Source of the DNA: Ktedonobacterales bacterium
Lineage (GTDB): Bacteria > Chloroflexota > Ktedonobacteria > Ktedonobacterales > JADMIN01
Direction of reading: 5' to 3'
DNA: 64,000 bases
Assembly: GCA_030167145.1 (NCBI GenBank)
Contig: CP126532.1
Location: forward strand, 1,857,052-1,921,051
Position 1 is the first letter of the stretch. Every line of letters begins with the position of its first letter. The notes below the pieces were generated by a model. It ran no database searches. It saw only the letters and a program-made list of their open reading frames with translations, and was not told the origin of the DNA. Positions 18,387 through 27,044 of the stretch are shown here, piece after piece. The position numbers and the translations under genes were made by a program.

Positions 18387-18680
18387 CATTGCGCGCCGCT
18401 CGTGGTGCCACCACCATTCGCCCCGACGGCGGACGCATAGTACGCGCGGCGGAGCCTCTATCGGGTCCGCCCACGGGAAGTGGGAGCGAAACCGTCACGC
18501 GGTAACGGGCGTGTCCCGAAGCCGGTTAGTGCATTGCACATGAAGTGTGCGAATGGTTCGCCGGTTGGCTCTGGGGTGTCGCGTCGGAAGCGTTGGCGGC
18601 GGCGCTCGCAGCGTGTGCGCCGCTCTCTGAAGCGTCAGGATGCTTCCCGCATGGTCCCCATCATGGCCAGTATGATCTTG
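18345..18680 (-). promoter_or_regulatory. T-box riboswitch leader with Asp (GAC) specifier, upstream of aspS
   Basis: All on the minus strand. T-box core AAUGGUGGUGGCACCACGAG is the reverse complement of 18399-18418. The antiterminator has A1 GGUGG/CCUCC, bulge UGGCACC and A2 ACGAG/CUCGU, and it competes with the terminator. UGGC would pair with a GCCA tRNA end. F-box CCGUUA is the reverse complement of 18503-18508. Stem I spans 18567-18668 with a K-turn-like base (GGCCAUGAUGGGG / CCCCAGAGCC), an AGAGAG bulge and the specifier GAC followed by A (reverse complement of 18577-18580). Confidence 0.8.
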
Positions 18681-18911
18681 CGCCCCACTGTATCACAGAC
18701 GCCGGGCGAGCGTCAAATGCGATTCCTTCTCCCCACGAGCGCGGATGCCGGGGAGGTTATCACGTAGAGTCTCAAGAGCATGACCGGCGGGACTTTCCGC
18801 TTCATTGCGACTTTTATAGCAGCTAGGCGTATGATGGGATAGTCGGGGGAAGAGTGCCCTATCATCATAGCAATGTGGTGACATTTTGCCGACGCGAAGG
18901 GGGCAGGAGAC

Positions 18912-19421
18912 ATGCTTCAGCGTATTCGCTCTTTGGGTAAAGCTGGCCGGGGAGCGCTCGTCATCGCCCTGGCGTTGCTCGTGGCGCTTGCGTTTGCCGT
19001 GGTGTTCGGCAGCTTCGGGCGGACATTGCTTGCTGGAGGGGGCACAGCGGGGCCAACTACAGTTCATGTTGTCCGTCATGAAAACATCCCACAAAACCAT
19101 CTTCCACCGCTCGATATGACGATAAGGGACGCTGCCAAGGTGGGGAAGCTCGCGACTATGATTCGCGCTTTGCCTCGATTTGTCTTCACAGGCCCAATGA
19201 GCTGCCCGGCGGATTTTGGTGTGGAGTACGATATGACCTTCACCGATAGTCATGGCGACGCTGTGCTGTCAGTTCAAGCGAACCCATTTGGGTGTAGCGG
19301 CCTGACGATAAACGGGGGCGATCAGCGGCGGGCGACCGATGCATTTTGGGCACAAATGTCGGACACGATTAGTGTGCCATTGTCCACGCTGATGGCGATA
19401 CCAACCGGCACTTCTCGTTAG
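18912..19421 (+). CDS. Hypothetical membrane-anchored or secreted protein
   Basis: RBS AGGAGA. The N-terminus has a TM/signal segment (ALVIALALLVALAFAVVFGSF). No recognisable domain. Confidence 0.6.
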   Translation: MLQRIRSLGKAGRGALVIALALLVALAFAVVFGSFGRTLLAGGGTAGPTTVHVVRHENIPQNHLPPLDMTIRDAAKVGKLATMIRALPRFVFTGPMSCPADFGVEYDMTFTDSHGDAVLSVQANPFGCSGLTINGGDQRRATDAFWAQMSDTISVPLSTLMAIPTGTSR

Positions 19422-19449
19422 TTACAGGCGAACGGGAAGGCACAGAGCC

Positions 19450-19653
19450 GTGAAGGTCAAAGAGGCGATAGAATACATTGAACGCGATGGCTGGTTCATT
19501 GTGCGACAAGAGGGCAGTCATCACCAGTATCATCATCTGGCGAAGCCGGGAACGGTGACGATAGCCGGAAAGCCAAGCGCCGACCTAGACCCTGGAACCG
19601 CGCACAATATTTTCAAGCAGGCGCACATCCCCTGGCCGAAGGGTCGCAAGTAA
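19450..19653 (+). CDS. hicA: Type II toxin HicA (mRNA interferase)
   Basis: KVKEAIEYIERDGWFIVRQEGSHHQYHH..KPGTVTIAGKPSADLDPGTAHNIFKQA is a typical YcfA/HicA sequence. It lies directly upstream of hicB. Confidence 0.85.
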   Translation: MKVKEAIEYIERDGWFIVRQEGSHHQYHHLAKPGTVTIAGKPSADLDPGTAHNIFKQAHIPWPKGRK

Positions 19654-19660
19654 GGGAAGG

Positions 19661-19924
19661 ATGAGAAAGACGATGCGTTACCGCTATCTTGTGGTCTATC
19701 GCCCAACACCTACAGGCTATGCCGCCAGTGTCCCGGAGTTGCCAGGATGCGTGGCTGCTGGCGACTCACTCGGAGAAACACGCGAGCTGATGCGGAAGGC
19801 GCTAGAATGGCATCTCGAAGATATGCAGGCAACCGGGCAGGACATCCTGGCTACAGACCCTGCTGAGGTCGCCGAGTACCTGGAAGTTGACGTAGCCAGC
19901 CCGGCCAGCGTAGCAAGCAGCTAA
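19661..19924 (+). CDS. hicB: Type II antitoxin HicB
   Basis: YRYLVVYRPTPTGYAASVPELPGCVAAGDSLGETRELMRKALEWHLEDM is a typical HicB N-terminal domain. Confidence 0.8.
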   Translation: MRKTMRYRYLVVYRPTPTGYAASVPELPGCVAAGDSLGETRELMRKALEWHLEDMQATGQDILATDPAEVAEYLEVDVASPASVASS

Positions 19925-20523
19925 TTGTGCGGCGCGAGTTGGGCGGGTGATGGGGCATCGTCGGGCAGCAGGCGATACATACCGTCGTAGAAGCCGCGCA
20001 CGTAGGGCGGGATGAGACGCAGGTCGGCCATCATGCCAGATGCCATGCTGGCGTACATCTCCCAATCGTTGCGGTCCACGAGCATGCCTGCCCAGTTTTG
20101 CGCGGGAATGCCGTGAATGTAGCCGTAGGCGAGACTTTGCAGCCGGGCATAGCGCGGGTCGGTTTCCTTGGAAAGCGCGATGGTGGCGTCAATCAGCGCA
20201 TCCTCCTGGCCGATGCGGCGATAGTGCCACCAGGCGTGCGCCAGTTCGTGGATGGCGGCTTCGTACTGCGCGGTGAAGAGGAAGACTTTGTTCTGGTCGG
20301 GATACCAGTAGCCGCCGCCGCGCGTACTGCTCAGGTCGGCGACCTCGAAGCCGATGGCGGTGCTGAGCCAGTGCTTGGCCTCGTCGGTGTAGGGGAAGGT
20401 GGTGAGCACCTCCTGGAGAAAGGCGGCAGCATCTTCAGGCGTGACTGTCGCGGGCTGCGCGTCGTACTTCAGCGCGGATTGCTCTTTAGCCTGTCGCCAT
20501 GCTTCTCTGATGCGCTGCCACAT
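19921..20523 (-). CDS. Hypothetical protein with HExxH motif (putative metallopeptidase)
   Basis: AAIHELAHAWWHY is the only recognisable feature. Confidence 0.55.
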   Translation of the reverse strand: MWQRIREAWRQAKEQSALKYDAQPATVTPEDAAAFLQEVLTTFPYTDEAKHWLSTAIGFEVADLSSTRGGGYWYPDQNKVFLFTAQYEAAIHELAHAWWHYRRIGQEDALIDATIALSKETDPRYARLQSLAYGYIHGIPAQNWAGMLVDRNDWEMYASMASGMMADLRLIPPYVRGFYDGMYRLLPDDAPSPAQLAPHN

Positions 20524-20700
20524 ACGGTCATCTACCCTCGCTCAGGTGTGGTCGGTACATCGGCGCCAATGGATATATCATATCTCAAGCGGAATGTGAG
20601 TGGAGATTTCGCGTGCGGGCGTCTGATTCCGCGCTTGCGCCTCCTTGTATTTCGGGACTATGATGCATGCGCATAAGGTGTGATGCATGAGGAGGCGACG

Positions 20701-22023
20701 ATGAACGCCCCGACAACTCCGCCGCGTGCGGCGGCGCAACCCGTGGATCGCGGCAAGGCAGGGGGGACGCTGCGCGGTGTGTGGCTGTTCGTCGCGCGGG
20801 CGGCGTGGCTGGCGGTTGCGGCGCTGACCATCGGTAGCTTTGCGTTTGCGACCCCGCTACGCTACGCTCAGCTTGCCGCTGCGTGTTCGATGGCAGGGTG
20901 CGCTACGGGCGGGCTGCTGACGTCGGCACGGTTCGCGGCGCTCTTCGTCGTGCTGGAAGCCGTCTCGGCGCTGGTGTGGATACTGGTGGCGCTGGTGATC
21001 TTTCTGCGGCGATCTGCTGATCCCATGGCGCTATTTTGCGCGCTCGCCCTGCTCACGTTCGGCGGCGCGCGCTTTCCCGATGTACCAGTGGCATTGACGG
21101 GGGCGTATCCGACGTGGTGGCTGCCGGTAGAAGCATTGCGCTTCTTCGGCTCGGCCTGTCTCAGCATGTTCTGCTACACCTTCCCTGATGGGCGCTTTGT
21201 GCCGCGATGGACGTTGCCAGCCGCGCTGTTGTGGATCGCCGCGCAGGTACCAGAGTTCTTCGCCCCGACAACGAGTGTCAGTGCGGATGAATTACCAGGA
21301 TGGTTGCGGCTGGCGGGATTCGGCGGATTCGTGCTTTCGGTGGCAGTCGCGCAGGTCTATCGCTACCGGCGTGTTTCGTCGCCCCGACAGCGCCAACAAA
21401 CGAAGTGGGTGGTGTTCGGACTAGCGAGCGCGCTGACCGGCTATCTCGTCGTCGCGTTCGTGCTGCCGCTGTTCGTGCCAACGCTGGGGCATCCCACCTT
21501 ACTGACCTCGCTGGTGTTGACGGGCGCGACCGCTGTGGCGATGTTGATTGTGCCGCTGACGCTGGGCATTGCTATTCTGCGCCAGCATCTCTTCGACATT
21601 GATCGCATTATCAACCTCGCTCTGGTCTATGGCACGCTCACCGTGGCGCTGGCTACCGGCTATTTCGCAGGCGTGATCGCGTTGCAGACGCTGGTTACGC
21701 CGGTGCTGGGCGCAGACTCGCCGGTCGCCGTGGTGGTGACGACGTTGCTGATCGCGGCGCTGATCCAGCCGCTGCGCCGTCGCATTCAGACGATCATTGA
21801 CCAGCGATTCTATCGCGGCAAATACGATGCGGCGAAGATGCTGGCTGCCTTCGAGGAGACGCTGAAGAACGAAGTGGACCTGGCAACCTTGCAAGATCGT
21901 TTGCTTGCGGTGGTGGCGGAGACGATGCATCCAGTGTCGCTGTCGCTGTGGCTCGCACCGCAGGCGCAGAGCGATGGGGCGAGCACACCGACGCTGAGGG
22001 ATGATCTGGCAGAGGAAGCGTAG
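20701..22023 (+). CDS. Polytopic membrane protein with conserved C-terminal RFYRGKYDA region
   Basis: ATG at 20701 preceded by GAGGAGG. About 8 TM segments. The C-terminal DQRFYRGKYDAAKMLAAFEETLKNEVDLATLQDRLL resembles sensor N-terminal modules, but no kinase domain is present. Confidence 0.65.
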   Translation: MNAPTTPPRAAAQPVDRGKAGGTLRGVWLFVARAAWLAVAALTIGSFAFATPLRYAQLAAACSMAGCATGGLLTSARFAALFVVLEAVSALVWILVALVIFLRRSADPMALFCALALLTFGGARFPDVPVALTGAYPTWWLPVEALRFFGSACLSMFCYTFPDGRFVPRWTLPAALLWIAAQVPEFFAPTTSVSADELPGWLRLAGFGGFVLSVAVAQVYRYRRVSSPRQRQQTKWVVFGLASALTGYLVVAFVLPLFVPTLGHPTLLTSLVLTGATAVAMLIVPLTLGIAILRQHLFDIDRIINLALVYGTLTVALATGYFAGVIALQTLVTPVLGADSPVAVVVTTLLIAALIQPLRRRIQTIIDQRFYRGKYDAAKMLAAFEETLKNEVDLATLQDRLLAVVAETMHPVSLSLWLAPQAQSDGASTPTLRDDLAEEA

Positions 22024-22036
22024 GACGTCGTGCGCA

Positions 22037-22609
22037 TTACCCTGGCAGTGGTTCCGTGAAAGGATGCGCGCGGCGGGCCATGCGGGCGATGACGGCGACG
22101 GGCAGCAGCAGCCAGGGCAGGTTCGCCAGCAGCACGATGATGGGATGCGGTGTGGCGTGCGGGCCGGAGAACTCTTCGGAGAGGATGATGGCGACGTTGG
22201 TGAGCATGACTGAGGCCCAGATGATGCTGGGCAGGCGAATCCAGTCGCGGCCCGTGAGGTAGGCGTAGATGGCGACGGCATAGAAGGGGCCGAAGCCGAG
22301 CGCGTCAATCCAGATGGTCATCTTCCACCAGACGGGACGGGCAATCAGCAGCGGGTCGTAGGTGTGGCCCCACCAGTGGATCAGGTCTACCAGCGGCGCG
22401 GGCGGCCAGAGCGGATAGACGAAATGCGCGGGGTCAGGGATGATAAGCTGCTCGATGTCCACGATGTAGGTGATGAAGCCGATGTTGATGAGGAAGAAGG
22501 CGACGAAGAGCAGGTCGAGCTTGCGCTGGGAGAGCGGGATGCGGCGGCGCGGCGTGCTGGTGGTGGATGCGGTGCTGGGCGTCGCTGTCTTCGGTGGTGA
22601 ATCTGCCAT
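22037..22609 (-). CDS. Small polytopic membrane protein (EXPERA/TMEM97-like, tentative)
   Basis: ATG at 22609 (MADSPPKTA). It has four predicted TM helices. The family assignment is from recollection only. Confidence 0.55.
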   Translation of the reverse strand: MADSPPKTATPSTASTTSTPRRRIPLSQRKLDLLFVAFFLINIGFITYIVDIEQLIIPDPAHFVYPLWPPAPLVDLIHWWGHTYDPLLIARPVWWKMTIWIDALGFGPFYAVAIYAYLTGRDWIRLPSIIWASVMLTNVAIILSEEFSGPHATPHPIIVLLANLPWLLLPVAVIARMARRAHPFTEPLPG

Positions 22610-22629
22610 GGCATCCCTCCCGCGAACAG

Positions 22630-22714
22630 GCTGGCGGTTGAAACCGCGCGGAGGGCGTCCACCGGACGCCCCTACGGATGGCGTGCCGCCGCAAAGCCCG
22701 CCTGCGCGGGCTGG
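22630..22714. repeat. Mosaic intergenic repeat, intermediate form
   Basis: GGCGGTTGAAACCGCGC + GGGCGTCCACCGGACGCCCCTAC hairpin + GCCCGCCTGCGCGGGC. The hairpin module recurs at 36921-36944. Confidence 0.75.
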
Positions 22715-22845
22715 AGATAGAGAAGGTGGACGTAGCAATGAGTACAAGAGCATACGCCGTGTGACGGGCGCACATCGCGTCACTAGGGCGCACGGCGTGC
22801 GCCCCTACTTTATACTACCAGCCGCTGGGGGATGGCTACATGCGC

Positions 22846-23664
22846 TTATGACGAGGGGTGAGGCGCGGCGGCAGATGGCAGGTGCGTGGCGAAGCTGGTG
22901 ATGGCAGCCGCCAGTTCGGTGGGGCGGTCGAAGTAGGGCAGATGGCCCGCGCCTGCTAGGTCCACAAGCTGGCCGTTGGGCAGACTCTCCGCCATGATGG
23001 CGGCGATGTTGCGCAGCCCCGGAAGGCTCTCGTCGCCGCGAATGACGAGGCAGGGATGCGTAATGCGCGCCAGATCCGCAGATGTGACGGAAGGCAGCGG
23101 GCGGATCATGTCTTCGAGCAGACGCGGGCTATTCTGGCGATAGACGCGCTGGCGTTCCTCCGGCAAGGTCTCCCATAGGCCAGGGGCAATGACCGCCAGC
23201 AGTCCCACCACCGCGCCCTCCGGCCCCTCTCTGGCAACGGCGGCATCCATCGCTGGCCGTACCGTCTGGAAGAGCGCCTGAGCGCCCTGTGGATCAAGCG
23301 AGAAGATGCCCGGCTCGGCGAAGATGGCGGCGGTGATGAGCGTGGGATGCTGGCGCAGCAATTCAAGGGCGATTTGTCCACCTGAACTGATGCTGAAGAG
23401 CAGGCACGGCGCAATAGCGAGCGCGGTAATCAGCGCGGCGGCATCGTCTACGTCGAGTTGCAGCGACCGCTCCGCGACATCGCCGAGAGGGCTGCGCGAG
23501 TGGCCACGGTGGTCGTAGCTGATGCAGCGGAAATGCGGCGCGAGGCGTTGCGCCTGGCCGGATAGGTCATCCGCGCTGTCGCCCGCGCCATGGATCATGA
23601 GCATCGGCGGGCCAGAGCCGATGTCCTCATAGTAGAGGGTTGTGCCGTTCACGCCGAGCAGCAT
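22846..23664 (-). CDS. Alpha/beta hydrolase
   Basis: ATG at 23664 (MLLGVNGTTLYYEDIGSGPPMLMIHGAG). Nucleophile-elbow-like FSISSGG, and C-terminal AGHLPYFDRP. Confidence 0.8.
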   Translation of the reverse strand: MLLGVNGTTLYYEDIGSGPPMLMIHGAGDSADDLSGQAQRLAPHFRCISYDHRGHSRSPLGDVAERSLQLDVDDAAALITALAIAPCLLFSISSGGQIALELLRQHPTLITAAIFAEPGIFSLDPQGAQALFQTVRPAMDAAVAREGPEGAVVGLLAVIAPGLWETLPEERQRVYRQNSPRLLEDMIRPLPSVTSADLARITHPCLVIRGDESLPGLRNIAAIMAESLPNGQLVDLAGAGHLPYFDRPTELAAAITSFATHLPSAAAPHPSS

Positions 23665-23851
23665 GGCGCGTTCGTCCTTTCGCACGCCGTCCGCACGCTG
23701 GCGGGGTCTGTCACATCGCAGTGTAGCACGCAGGGGCGGAGAGGGCATCCGCCAAAATCACCACGTGGGAGGTGTCGTCACACTACGAAATGCGGCATAT
23801 CACTTCACGATGCTCTTGACAGGTCTCCGTCTGTCCGTGTACGCTCTGGGT

Positions 23852-23875
23852 ATAACTGACCCGTGGGTCAGTTAT
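23852..23875. promoter_or_regulatory. Perfect 11-2-11 inverted repeat, candidate TetR operator
   Basis: ATAACTGACCC-GT-GGGTCAGTTAT lies immediately upstream of the RBS and start of the ABC ATPase gene. A TTGACA sits at 23816-23821. The TetR gene is the third gene of the same cluster. Confidence 0.6.
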
Positions 23876-23884
23876 GGAGAGCAA

Positions 23885-24538
23885 ATGAAAGCGAGTGTGG
23901 TTTTCATGGCTGATGTGCTCCTGGATGCGCGGCACATTTCGCGGTCGTTCGGACGGCGGCCAATTCTGCGCGATGTCTCGTTCACGATTGGCCCTGGCAC
24001 GCTCACGGGCATTGTCGGCGAGAACGGCGCGGGAAAGTCTACACTGTTGCGTATCCTCGCCGGTGAGTTGCGGCCAAGCGCAGGCGAGGTGACACTGCAC
24101 GGTGCGCTGGGCTATTGCCCGCAGACGGTGGTGCTGAACGACGCGCTGACGGTAGAGCAGCATTTGCACTATTTTCGCGCCGCGTATAACATCGCCAGCC
24201 TGGACCGTGCGTATGCGCTGGTGGAGCGGCTCGACTTCGCGAAGTACCGCAAGACGCTGACTGGCGTGCTGAGCGGCGGGACGAGGCAGAAGCTGAATCT
24301 GACGCTGGCGCTGATGCATGATCCGACGGTGCTGCTGCTGGATGAGCCGTATCAGGGCTTCGACTGGGAGACGTATCTGCGCTTCTGGGATCTGACCGGC
24401 GAGCTACGGGAGCGCGGCTGTGCGCTGCTGGTGATCTCGCATCTGATCTTCGATCAGCAGCGCTTCGATCAGATACTGGCGCTGGAGCATGGCGAGTTGC
24501 ATCCTACGGCGGCATCTGAGGCTGCGCCCGCGCGCTAG
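23885..24538 (+). CDS. ABC transporter ATP-binding protein
   Basis: ATG at 23885 after GGAGAG. Walker A GENGAGKST, signature LSGGTRQK, Walker B LLLLDEP. Confidence 0.9.
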   Translation: MKASVVFMADVLLDARHISRSFGRRPILRDVSFTIGPGTLTGIVGENGAGKSTLLRILAGELRPSAGEVTLHGALGYCPQTVVLNDALTVEQHLHYFRAAYNIASLDRAYALVERLDFAKYRKTLTGVLSGGTRQKLNLTLALMHDPTVLLLDEPYQGFDWETYLRFWDLTGELRERGCALLVISHLIFDQQRFDQILALEHGELHPTAASEAAPAR

Positions 24539-24576
24539 AGTGCGGAACAGAGACGAGAAAGAAGGAGGGCGCATTC

Positions 24577-25356
24577 ATGCGTACCGCATATCTGACGGCG
24601 ACGCGCTATACCCTGCTGGAACTGGCGCGCAATCGTCTGGCAATTGGCTTGCTGGCGCTGTTCCTACCGATCTGGTATGTGCTGCTGGGCGAGGCCGTCG
24701 GCACGGGCGATGCCGAGTTCAAGCTCAAATCTACGGGCACATTCGTCTACGTGGACGCGCATACGCTCACGTTATTGACCGCTGGTTTCAACGCCATCAC
24801 GCTGATTATCGGCTTCCTGATCTTCGCATCTACGCGCAAGGGCGGGGACTTCGACCGCAGGCTGGTGCTAAGCGGGCTGTCGCAGCCGGTGATGGTGCTG
24901 GCGAAGCTCTCGGCGCTGGTGGTGACGGCGGCGGCGGTCTCGCTGTACGCCGTGCTGATCCTGCTGGTCTTCTGGCGGCCAGAGAATCTGGCGCTGGTCT
25001 GGATGGGGCTGTTCAGCGCGGCGCTGATCTACGGCACATTTGGCATGCTGTTGGGGGTGCTGGTACGCAGTGAGCTGGCGGGTTTCTTTATCATTATCAT
25101 GGTGAGCTTGCTCGATACGTTGTTTCAGAATCCGGTTGACAATCCGGCGGCGAACAAAGATTTTCTCGCCTGGTTCCCTTCGTTCGGGCCGACACAACTG
25201 GCGGTGGCGGGCGGATACCTGAACACGATGTCGGGGCGGATGCTGGCGCTCTCGCTGGCGTGGTTTGTCGGATTCGGGGTGCTGGCGCTGCTGATCTTCT
25301 GGCGGCGCACACGGGCGTGGAATGCGCGCGGGCGCGCTCAGCAACGGGCGGGGTGA
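24577..25356 (+). CDS. ABC-2 type transporter permease
   Basis: Six hydrophobic segments, directly downstream of the ATPase gene. Confidence 0.75.
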   Translation: MRTAYLTATRYTLLELARNRLAIGLLALFLPIWYVLLGEAVGTGDAEFKLKSTGTFVYVDAHTLTLLTAGFNAITLIIGFLIFASTRKGGDFDRRLVLSGLSQPVMVLAKLSALVVTAAAVSLYAVLILLVFWRPENLALVWMGLFSAALIYGTFGMLLGVLVRSELAGFFIIIMVSLLDTLFQNPVDNPAANKDFLAWFPSFGPTQLAVAGGYLNTMSGRMLALSLAWFVGFGVLALLIFWRRTRAWNARGRAQQRAG

Positions 25357-25452
25357 CGCCGGGTGGCGGAAATAGAGGTTGGCGGGAATCGGCGGCGGCG
25401 GGCTAGAATAATATGGATGAGAGCCAGCAGAAGCCAAAGGACGCGCCAGCCC

Positions 25453-26049
25453 ATGCCACGCCCGAATGTGAGCGAAGAACGCAAGAATCAAATATTGGAA
25501 GCCGCGATGACGGTGTTCGCGGAGCGCGGCTTCCACGAGGCGCGCATGGATGACATTGCCCAGAAATCGGGGTTGAGCAAGGGCGCGCTGTATTTGTATT
25601 ACAAGAGCAAAGATGCGATCATCGCCGCGATGTTGCGCTATTTCTTCACGCTTGCCATGAAGAATCTGCGCCATATGCACACCTTCGAAGGTTCTGTCAG
25701 TCAGCAATTGCTGGACTACACGCGCCGTATTGGCGCGGAGGCCGAGCGCATGGCGTTCTTCACGCCGATTGCGTGGGAGTTCTATGCCGTGGCGGGGCGG
25801 CAGAAAAGCGTGCGACTCCTCTTGAAAGACTATTTCGCGGAGTACCGCCAGACGCTGGCCGTGCTGATCCAGAAAGGCATTGACAGCGGAGAGTTCCGGC
25901 AGGTGAACGCCGAGACGGTAGCGACGACGGTGGCCAGCCTGCACGAGGGGCTGGCGCTGCTCAGTGTGGTGGATCCCAAGGCAGTGAATTGGAGTGAGCA
26001 GGGTATGGAGGCCGTGCGGCTGCTGCTCGACGGCCTCAGGACGCGCTAG
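25453..26049 (+). CDS. TetR/AcrR family transcriptional regulator
   Basis: ILEAAMTVFAERGFHEARMDDIAQKSGLSKGALYLYYKSKDAI is the TetR HTH. The start at 25453 (MPRPNVSEERK) is likely. Confidence 0.9.
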   Translation: MPRPNVSEERKNQILEAAMTVFAERGFHEARMDDIAQKSGLSKGALYLYYKSKDAIIAAMLRYFFTLAMKNLRHMHTFEGSVSQQLLDYTRRIGAEAERMAFFTPIAWEFYAVAGRQKSVRLLLKDYFAEYRQTLAVLIQKGIDSGEFRQVNAETVATTVASLHEGLALLSVVDPKAVNWSEQGMEAVRLLLDGLRTR

Positions 26050-26345
26050 TTCGTGTGATGACTGACAATTTCGAAGATGGAGAGGGATGGTTCCGCGCCC
26101 GCTCCGCGAAAGAACAGCACACCACCAGGGGTTTCGACAGAGCGGCGATATTCATCGAGCGCGTCGCGGCTGTGCCAGACTGAGATACCGCGCCATAGTG
26201 TCGGATCATCCGCGCTCTGCACGAGGAACGTCTGGACCATCTGTGAGGGCAGGCGGCTACTGCTCTGGTTGAATGCTGACTGAAGCGTGGGCCACTGCTC
26301 ATGCGCGACATGCGCTTCGAGAACGGTCATCACCATGTTCGCCAT
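26046..26345 (-). CDS. Small ABM/Dabb-fold-like protein (tentative)
   Basis: ATG at 26345 (MANMVMTVLEAHVAHEQW). About 99 aa; the size and pattern resemble antibiotic-biosynthesis-monooxygenase-like proteins. Confidence 0.5.
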   Translation of the reverse strand: MANMVMTVLEAHVAHEQWPTLQSAFNQSSSRLPSQMVQTFLVQSADDPTLWRGISVWHSRDALDEYRRSVETPGGVLFFRGAGAEPSLSIFEIVSHHTN

Positions 26346-26711
26346 ATTCTTCTTCTCTGTATTTCTTCTCTCGCGAGTGATGGGGGCAGTACAGGACGTG
26401 TGTACGATGATGCGCGCTACGGATGAGGCACTAAAAGGGAGAAGAGTGGGGGCCGAGATAGATGCGCCGCGATCAACTTTTCGCGCGGCACTAGGGATTA
26501 TACACGGCACCGGTGTACGATGCGGTAATGGGTATTGCGTTCACTTACGTATGCGGAATCCAACATACGCGGTCAAGTGAGAGGGTAGGCCCGCGCGAAA
26601 GCGCGTAGCGCGGGGCGATGCGAAGGCAGGCACGGTTGTTGCTGAGGTGGTGGTGATGCGCCTGGGCATGTCTGCGAGGGCCGCGATGCGAACAACAGGA
26701 GGGTTACGGAT

Positions 26712-26969
26712 ATGGTGCGAAACGTGCTGCGCTGGAGCGACCAGACGGGTTGCTATGAAGGGGTGACCAGCGATCTGAAGCATGTGGTGCGCGTACCAGC
26801 GCGGGAGATTGTGGAACGTATGCTGGCGCTGGCACATCATCCGTCCACACCCGATGCCCAGGGGGAGACGGTGAGCATGTGGGATGCCATGGTGCGCCTG
26901 CTCTACCCCGATACCTGGTACGAGACGGCGGCGAACAACCCATCGGTGGAGGTGGCGGATTGGAAGTAG
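26712..26969 (+). CDS. Small hypothetical protein
   Basis: Strong RBS AGGAGGG 8 nt upstream of the ATG. 85 aa, no recognisable domain. Confidence 0.45.
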   Translation: MVRNVLRWSDQTGCYEGVTSDLKHVVRVPAREIVERMLALAHHPSTPDAQGETVSMWDAMVRLLYPDTWYETAANNPSVEVADWK

Positions 26970-27044
26970 GAGCGTTGGCGGCGTTCCGTAGGGTCGGGAT
27001 GTCGCCGCCACGTGTGTTCACCGGGAGAGGAGACGCAGAAAGGG

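Noticed and set aside
18345-18700. tmRNA, suggested by the GGCACCA end before a terminator.
   Set aside because: There is no T-arm (GGTTCGAATCC-like) and no acceptor-stem pairing with a 5' GGGG end. The GGUGGCACC sequence is the T-box bulge.
18480-18860. RNase P RNA on the minus strand. GCGGAAAGTCCCGCC (reverse complement of ~18785-18800) resembles the CR-I/P4 motif GAGGAAAGUCCGGGC. AACCGGCTT lies ~280 nt downstream and resembles CR-V.
   Set aside because: The two P4 strands do not pair fully. The other conserved regions are absent (the GGUAA, ACAGAAA and CAAAUAGG type motifs). The 3' part of the interval is fully explained by a canonical T-box leader, and the terminator lies ~150 nt beyond the putative CR-V.
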